Assembly: GCA_046296715.1 (NCBI GenBank) | Contig: JBKBIN010000035.1 | Coordinates: 1-14,241, forward strand | Direction: 5' to 3' | DNA: 14,241 bases | From: Candidatus Ratteibacteria bacterium | GTDB lineage: Bacteria; Ratteibacteria; UBA8468; B48-G9; JAFGKM01 | Shown: in pieces, positions 9,299 to 14,241 of the stretch | How the letters are laid out: every line of letters begins with the position of its first letter | Numbering within the stretch: the first letter of the stretch is position 1 | Program-made: the position numbers and the translations under genes | Notes under the pieces: model-generated | Databases searched by the model: none | What the model was told of the DNA's origin: nothing | The model's input: only the letters and a program-made list of their open reading frames with translations

Positions 9299-10447
9299 TT
9301 AATACCAGAAGTGTTTTATTCTCTCAATATAAGAATTATAGTTATTTTTCAAATCTTCAAGACAATCTCCACCAAACTTTTCTATATATTCAGAGGAAAG
9401 AACAAAAGCAAGTAGATTTTCAGCAATTATCCCTGCAGGAACAACAGCACATATATCACTTCTTTCATATTCATATTTTTTTTCTTGGAAATTTCTTATG
9501 TCAATAGAATTTAAACTTTTTTTCACTGTTGGGATTGGCTTGAAAAAACATTTAATCCATATATCATTTCCATTTGTTATTCCGCCTTCAATTCCACCTG
9601 AATTATTTGTTTTTCTAATAATTCTATTTTTATAAAAAATTTGGTCATGAAATTCAGAGCCATATAAAGAGACACCTTCAAAACCAATGCCAATTTCTAT
9701 TCCTTTAACTCCGGGGATACTCATGAAAACATATGAAATTTTAGCATCAATCCGTTTATCCCAATGAACATAACTCCCAAGTCCAGGACAAACTCCTTCT
9801 GCTATAACTTCAAATATTCCTCCTATTGTGTCTTCTTTTTCATTTGCTATATCTATTTCTTTAATCATCTCTTCTTCTTTTTTTAAACATCTTACAGGTG
9901 AACTTTCTATTTTTTCATAATTCTTCTTAACTTCTTCTATAATTCCTTCATCCTCAACTTTCCCTATTTTTTTAACTCTACTATATATTTTTACATTAAA
10001 TTCACTGAGAAATTTTTTACATATTGCGCCAATTGCAACTCTCATAGTTGTTTCTCTTGCACTTGCTCTTTCAATAACATTTCTAATGTCTGTGTAATTA
10101 TATTTTAAATATCCCCATAAATCAGCATGTCCAGGTCTTGGCATATACCTTTCTTTTCCTTCTTTTTTCTTTTTTATATCCATATATTCTTTCCAATTTT
10201 GCCAGTCCTTATTTTCTATTAAAATTGATATTGGAGAGCCAGTTGTTTTTCCATCCCTTACACCACTTAGAATTTCAACCCTATCCTTTTCTATTTCCAT
10301 CCTTTTTCCTCTCCCATAGCCTTTCTGTCTTCTTTCAAGTTCCTTATTTATATCTTCTACATCAAGTGGTAAATTTGAAACCATCCCTTCAAGTATTCCA
10401 ATCAAGCATTTTCCGTGTGATTCTCCACCAGTTAAAAATCTCAGCAT
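9299..10447 (-). CDS. aroC: Chorismate synthase
   Basis: GESHG, RRQKGYGRG, PRPGHAD, ERASARET, GGIEGG, KPIPT and ERSD. RBS AAAGGA. Confidence 0.97.
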   Translation of the reverse strand: MLRFLTGGESHGKCLIGILEGMVSNLPLDVEDINKELERRQKGYGRGKRMEIEKDRVEILSGVRDGKTTGSPISILIENKDWQNWKEYMDIKKKKEGKERYMPRPGHADLWGYLKYNYTDIRNVIERASARETTMRVAIGAICKKFLSEFNVKIYSRVKKIGKVEDEGIIEEVKKNYEKIESSPVRCLKKEEEMIKEIDIANEKEDTIGGIFEVIAEGVCPGLGSYVHWDKRIDAKISYVFMSIPGVKGIEIGIGFEGVSLYGSEFHDQIFYKNRIIRKTNNSGGIEGGITNGNDIWIKCFFKPIPTVKKSLNSIDIRNFQEKKYEYERSDICAVVPAGIIAENLLAFVLSSEYIEKFGGDCLEDLKNNYNSYIERIKHFWY

Positions 10448-10497
10448 TTATTGTTCCTTTTACATAATATTATAACTCATAATCCATATTAAAAAAA

Positions 10498-10569
10498 AGC
10501 CCGCGGTCGGATTCGAACCGACGACTTGCGCATTACGAATGCGCTGTTCTACCACTGAACTACACGGGC
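10498..10569 (-). tRNA. tRNA-Thr (anticodon CGT), CCA not encoded
   Basis: The minus strand GCCCGTG TA GTTC AGTGGTA GAAC A GCGCA TT CGT AA TGCGC AAGTC GTCGG TTCGAAT CCGAC CGCGGGC T folds into a full cloverleaf. Confidence 0.97.
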
Positions 10570-10577
10570 TTTTTATA

Positions 10578-10606
10578 ATTTTACCATCTTTACCTTTAGT
10601 TTTAAA
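10578..10606 (-). promoter_or_regulatory. Putative tRNA promoter (extended -10)
   Basis: Minus strand TTTAAA-N17-TAAAAT with TGn immediately before the -10 (TGGTAAAAT), ending 8 nt before the tRNA 5' end. Confidence 0.5.
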
Positions 10607-10650
10607 TTAAAAATTAACCTTACAGACAAAATTTGAGAAAGTTCAATATT

Positions 10651-10679
10651 TTGAAAAAAGGATTTAAAAAAGATATAAT
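10651..10679 (+). promoter_or_regulatory. Putative sigma70 promoter upstream of the remnant ORFs
   Basis: TTGAAA (10651-10656), 17-bp spacer, TATAAT (10674-10679). Confidence 0.6.
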
Positions 10680-10709
10680 TAAATGGATAAACAAGGAATT
10701 TTTAAAAAA

Positions 10710-10739
10710 TAAAACAAAAGATGATAAAACAAAAGATGA
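10710..10739. repeat. Perfect 15-bp tandem duplication (TAAAACAAAAGATGA x2)
   Basis: Copies at 10710-10724 and 10725-10739. Confidence 0.9.
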
Positions 10740-10771
10740 AAACTTACTCAAAAAGTAGAGAAAAATAATTT

Positions 10772-10936
10772 ATGGGTAAAGAAAAGAAATATCAAAAGAC
10801 AATTTATGACTGGCCTGAAAATGAAAGTTCAAGAGAGAAATTGTTAAAATTTAGCACTGATAAACTTTCTGATACAGAATTATTGGCTATACTTTATCAC
10901 TCAATTGCAGAGGAACTTGAAGCAAAAGAAAGGTAA
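10772..10936 (+). pseudogene. radC: Truncated RadC (UPF0758) N-terminal fragment, 54 aa, lacking the JAB domain
   Basis: Hand translation MGKEKKYQKTIYDWPENESSREKLLKFSTDKLSDTELLAILYHSIAEELEAKER*. It matches the RadC N-terminal pattern IxDWPxxERPREKLLxxGxxxLSDxELLAIL, then diverges and stops. Confidence 0.8.
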
Positions 10937-10939
10937 AAA

Positions 10940-11044
10940 ATGGATAGAAAAGATGAATTAAGAAAGATGGCTTATAAAGTTGCACGATTACTGAAAGAGA
11001 AATATAAAGTTAAGAGGTTAAATATTTTTTTCTGGTCAGTTTAG
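10940..11044 (+). pseudogene. Degenerate N-terminus of a minimal nucleotidyltransferase (MNT)-like protein
   Basis: MDRKDELRKMAYKVARLLKEKYKVKRLNIFFWSV* resembles the MNT pattern AxxLKExYxVKRVxLFGS. It breaks down in a T-run where FGS is expected, and no DxD motif follows. Confidence 0.5.
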
Positions 11045-11048
11045 TTGA

Positions 11049-11070
11049 TTTTTATCTTCAGAGATAAAAA
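11049..11070. other. Perfect AT-rich 9-bp hairpin (TTTTTATCT-TCAG-AGATAAAAA)
   Basis: Inverted repeat read directly from the sequence; function unknown. Confidence 0.4.
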
Positions 11071-11143
11071 CTTCTGCCTTCTTTCTACACAATACTTTAT
11101 TATTTCCTACCATACTATGTCTGAACCCGAGAAAGCATACAAT

Positions 11144-11172
11144 TTGACAAAAAAATGAAAATAAATTAAAAT
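11144..11172 (+). promoter_or_regulatory. Putative sigma70 promoter of the csm operon
   Basis: TTGACA (11144-11149), 17-bp spacer, TAAAAT (11167-11172), 33 bp upstream of the cas10 ATG. Confidence 0.7.
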
Positions 11173-11205
11173 AGCATTAGATTTATTGAATGTAAAGAAT
11201 AGAAA

Positions 11206-13572
11206 ATGAAATATGATAGTATTCGCAATTCCATAATTTTGGCTGCTCTTCTACATGACATTGGTAAATTAGCCCAAAGAGGAGGAGAGGAATTTGGTCA
11301 AGAAGAGCAGAAATTAGCCGAACTTTTTTGTCCGAAAAAATTCAATAAACCTACACATCTACATGCTGTTTTAAGTGCTAAATTTATTAAAGAAATATTT
11401 GGAAAAACATGGGAAAAATCAGAAAATTATGCAATTCGTCATCACTACCCAATGGAAGATGAAGATAAGATAATTCAACTTGCAGATTGGCTTTCTTGTG
11501 GTGAAAGGAGGGATAGAGATTTTGGAGAAGAAGTTGTTGAAGTACAGAATGAGCCATTAATATCAATTTTTTCACAGATAATTATTGATGGTCAAAGTAT
11601 CGAAGAGTATTATTGTTGTTCAACACAACTTATAACAGAAATAGAAAAATTATTTCCAGTTAAGAATAAAAACGAGGCAATTAATAGTACTTATAATTTC
11701 AAGAATTTATGGGATGATTTTAAAAAAGAAAGTAAAAAGTTAATGTCAGATAGCCAAAATTTTGAAATTCTGATTTCAAAGGTACTTTTTCTACTTGAAA
11801 AATATATTTTGTTTGTTCCATCTTCTGCATATTTAGATAAACCAGAAATTTCTTTATTTCATCATTTAAAATCTACAGCAGCAATTGCGACCTGTTTATA
11901 TGATTTAAAACTCTCAAATTTAGAAGAAATTATTTCTGCATATCAATTAAATGATGCTTCTTTTCTAAATAAGAAAGATTTTATTCTGCTTGGAGGAGAT
12001 ATATCAGGCATTCAGGATTTCATTTATTCTGTGACATCTGAACATGCATTAAAAGGTTTAAGAGGCAGATCTTTTTATTTGCAACTTTTATCCGAAATAG
12101 TGGCTAAAAACATACTTGATGAATTTAATTTGACATTATGTAACCTTGTTTTCCTTGGTGGTGGCAATTTTACTATTCTCTTACCAAATATAGAAGGTGT
12201 AAAAGAAAAGATTGAAAAAATTTCAGAAGAGATTAATTCAAAAATATTTAATGCACACAATGGAAAATTAGGAGTTATTATTGCTTATGTTGATTTTTCA
12301 TATAATGAATTTTCTATTAACAAATTTGGAGATGTTTTAAAAAAACTTGGTGAAAAACTTGCAAGAGAAAAAAGAAGAAAATTTAAAGAAATTTTAGATG
12401 ATAGATTTTTTATGCCTTATCCTGAAAAGATAGATAAAGAACTAAAAGGATGTGAAATATGTGGTAAAGAAAACGAAAAAGAAGGTATATGTGAACTTTG
12501 TGAGAGTTTTATAGAACTTGCAAAAAAAATAAAAAAAGCAAAATATATTGAAATTGAAAGGATAGAAAAACCGCAAATCTCAAAAGAAGTTAATCAATGG
12601 TATGAGTTAATAAGAAGTTTTGGATATAATTATTGGTTTAAGGATGATGAAGACGTTTTAGATTTTAAAAACCTAATTTATCTTTTAAACGATACAGAAT
12701 TTTTAAACAAAAATTGTTGTGGATTTAGATTTGAAGCAATTTGGAGTCCAGAAGGCACACTGGAAGATATGAGTAAAAAAGCAAAAGGTATAGAAAAATG
12801 GGGTGCTTTGAGAATGGATATTGATAACTTAAGTAAAATTTTCAGTGAAGGATTAACCAATAAAACGATTTCCAGATTTAGTATGTTAAGTTATATGGTC
12901 TCTTTATTTTTTTCATTAGGCATTAGAGAAATAGTTGAAAAAAACTTTAAAAATTGTTGTGTTGTTTATTCAGGAGGTGACGATTTATTTATCCTTGCTC
13001 CTTGGTCTGATTTGCCTAACTTGGCTTATTGTATCTATAAAAACTTTAGAAAATATGTAGGGGAACATCCTAAAATTACCCTTTCAGCAGGTATATACAT
13101 TTCTCCGACTAAAAAATTTCCTGTTTATCAAGCAGCAAAAGCAGCAGGCCAAGCCGAAGAAAAATCAAAAAAAGAAGGAAAGAATAAACTTACTTTTCTT
13201 GAAAAAACTATAGAATGGCAAGAATTAGAAGAACTTGAAAAAATAAAAGATAAAATTGTAGAATTGATTGAAGGTGAAAATCTAAATCAAAAAGAAGAAT
13301 TAAAAGAAAAGAAAAAAAAGATGCCCCGCTCATTATTAACACTGTTGTATTCAGGTTTAGAAGATAAAGAAAAAATGAAAATTTCAAGAATATGGCTTTT
13401 TTTATATGGATTAAAGCGACTTATTGATAGATATATAAAAGGTGAAGATGAACAAATAAAACTTGCTATTGATTTAAGGGACAAATTTATTAAACATAAC
13501 GAACTAAAAGAAAATCTTGAAGTTGCAGTTTGTTGGGCTGATTATTTAACAAGAAAGGAGGTTGAAAGATGA
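11206..13572 (+). CDS. cas10: Type III-A CRISPR-associated Cas10/Csm1 (HD nuclease plus two Palm domains)
   Basis: 788 aa. HD domain AALLHDIGK...H...HH...ADWLS, ISLFHHLKSTAAIA, Palm1 GDISGIQDFIY / LRGRSFYL / GGGNF, Zn finger CEIC...CELC, Palm2 MDIDNL and YSGGDDLF. Confidence 0.97.
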   Translation: MKYDSIRNSIILAALLHDIGKLAQRGGEEFGQEEQKLAELFCPKKFNKPTHLHAVLSAKFIKEIFGKTWEKSENYAIRHHYPMEDEDKIIQLADWLSCGERRDRDFGEEVVEVQNEPLISIFSQIIIDGQSIEEYYCCSTQLITEIEKLFPVKNKNEAINSTYNFKNLWDDFKKESKKLMSDSQNFEILISKVLFLLEKYILFVPSSAYLDKPEISLFHHLKSTAAIATCLYDLKLSNLEEIISAYQLNDASFLNKKDFILLGGDISGIQDFIYSVTSEHALKGLRGRSFYLQLLSEIVAKNILDEFNLTLCNLVFLGGGNFTILLPNIEGVKEKIEKISEEINSKIFNAHNGKLGVIIAYVDFSYNEFSINKFGDVLKKLGEKLAREKRRKFKEILDDRFFMPYPEKIDKELKGCEICGKENEKEGICELCESFIELAKKIKKAKYIEIERIEKPQISKEVNQWYELIRSFGYNYWFKDDEDVLDFKNLIYLLNDTEFLNKNCCGFRFEAIWSPEGTLEDMSKKAKGIEKWGALRMDIDNLSKIFSEGLTNKTISRFSMLSYMVSLFFSLGIREIVEKNFKNCCVVYSGGDDLFILAPWSDLPNLAYCIYKNFRKYVGEHPKITLSAGIYISPTKKFPVYQAAKAAGQAEEKSKKEGKNKLTFLEKTIEWQELEELEKIKDKIVELIEGENLNQKEELKEKKKKMPRSLLTLLYSGLEDKEKMKISRIWLFLYGLKRLIDRYIKGEDEQIKLAIDLRDKFIKHNELKENLEVAVCWADYLTRKEVER

Positions 13573-13955
13573 AAGAGCAAAAAAATGAATTTCGCACATT
13601 TACGCCAGATGAAAACCGACTTAAAAAAATTATTAAAGAAAAAGATATGGAAGAATTAAATAGTTATGCTGAAGAACTGGGTAATGGTATGAAAGAAGGT
13701 CTTTCTACATCCCAGATTAGGAGCATTTTGGATGCTATTCAAAGGATGAAGGGATTTGACAAAAATAAATTACAACTACTCAGACCAAAATTGGCTTATG
13801 CAGCAGGTAGGCATGGCGGAAGAGTTAAAGAGTTTCAAAAGATAATTGAAAAAGCAATTCAATTTGTTGAAAATAATGAAGAATTTGAAAACTTTAGAAA
13901 TTTTGTTGAAGCAATTGTAGCATATCATAAGTTTTATGGTGGAAAAGAAAATTAA
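13569..13955 (+). CDS. csm2: Type III-A small subunit Csm2 (Cas11)
   Basis: 128 aa with LSTSQIR, LLRPKLAYAAGR and FVEAIVAYHKFYGG. ATGA overlap with cas10. Confidence 0.95.
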   Translation: MKEQKNEFRTFTPDENRLKKIIKEKDMEELNSYAEELGNGMKEGLSTSQIRSILDAIQRMKGFDKNKLQLLRPKLAYAAGRHGGRVKEFQKIIEKAIQFVENNEEFENFRNFVEAIVAYHKFYGGKEN

Positions 13956-13969
13956 AAATGGAGGGCAAA

Positions 13970-14241
13970 ATGCTAAAAGGTAAAATTATTATTAAAGGTT
14001 TTATTGAAGTAAAAACAGGGCTTCGTATTGGTGGAACAACGACTGGTCTTAAGATTGGTGGATTAGACCAACCTGTAATTAAAGATCCTTTAGGAAGGCC
14101 ATACATTCCTGGTTCATCATTAAAAGGTAAGTTACGCTCCTTAATAGAAAAAAAAGAAAATGTCAAACTTAATGAAAAAGGCACACATGAATGTACAGAA
14201 GAAGAAAGTTATAAAAAGTGTCCTGTTTGTAGAATATGGGG
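13970..14241 (+). CDS. csm3: Type III-A RAMP backbone RNase Csm3 (Cas7 group), 3' end outside the window
   Basis: Not in the ORF track. Hand translation MLKGKIIIKGFIEVKTGLRIGGTTTGLKIGGLDQPVIKDPLGRPYIPGSSLKGKLRSLIE...CPVCRIW. RBS GGAGG precedes the ATG at 13970; an in-frame alternative ATG lies at 13958. Confidence 0.95.
   Translation, partial: MLKGKIIIKGFIEVKTGLRIGGTTTGLKIGGLDQPVIKDPLGRPYIPGSSLKGKLRSLIEKKENVKLNEKGTHECTEEESYKKCPVCRIW

Noticed and set aside
3870..10467. Plus-strand ORFs inside the aro operon (3870, 4926, 6615, 7262, 7491, 10138)
   Set aside because: Mostly Phe/Ser/Ile/Leu-rich antisense translations, as expected opposite Lys/Glu-rich AT-rich genes.
10448..10497. T-box or leader-peptide attenuator for the aro operon
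   Set aside because: Only about 50 nt separate the tRNA from aroC, with no T-box motif or aromatic-codon leader ORF.
10498..10569. tRNA as the integration site of a CRISPR-carrying island
   Set aside because: The cas region lies on the tRNA 5' side, whereas integration usually duplicates the 3' end. No integrase or tRNA-fragment repeat is seen in the window.
11049..11070. Hairpin as an intrinsic terminator
   Set aside because: The stem is almost all A/T and no U-tract follows it on either strand, so it is kept only as an unassigned inverted repeat.
11036..11113. Small minus-strand ORF MVGNNKVLCRKKAEVFISEDKNQLN
   Set aside because: 25 aa, no clear RBS and no recognisable similarity.
10570..11205. 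CRISPR array or leader upstream of cas10
   Set aside because: No regularly spaced 25-40 bp repeats. The only direct repeat I found is a spacer-less 15-bp tandem duplication.
13270..13325. Lys/Glu-rich stretch near the Cas10 C-terminus as a special insertion
   Set aside because: It is in frame, lies in a variable region and is explained by A-rich composition.
11387..14184. Minus-strand ORFs within cas10 and opposite csm2/csm3, including 13894-14184
   Set aside because: Shadow ORFs. The real gene at the right edge is plus-strand csm3.

Overview
Very AT-rich, densely packed bacterial DNA in three blocks. (1) 1-3152: carbohydrate-related genes, namely a 5'-truncated divergent NagB-like protein, a neutral/alkaline-ceramidase-family metallo-amidohydrolase and a TIM-barrel sugar-phosphate isomerase/epimerase. 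The last two diverge from a palindromic spacer that reads as a promoter on both strands. (2) 3154-10569, minus strand: tRNA-Thr(CGT), then aroC-aroK-aroB-pheA-aroF-aroA, ending in a translationally coupled iron-containing alcohol dehydrogenase. aroD/aroQ, aroE and tyrA are absent from the cluster. (3) 10570-14241, plus strand: about 630 bp of gene debris missed by the ORF track (a RadC N-terminal fragment with a foreign tail and a broken minimal-nucleotidyltransferase-like fragment), then a near-consensus promoter and the start of a type III-A CRISPR-Cas effector operon (cas10/csm1 with HD and GGDD motifs, csm2, partial csm3). No CRISPR array, cas6 or ancillary effector lies inside the window. 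I cannot demonstrate a wholly new system. The best leads are the Fe-ADH in an aroD/aroE-less aro operon, the decayed radC/MNT module in front of cas10, and the symmetric bidirectional promoter. All calls come from motif recognition by eye; no searches were run.
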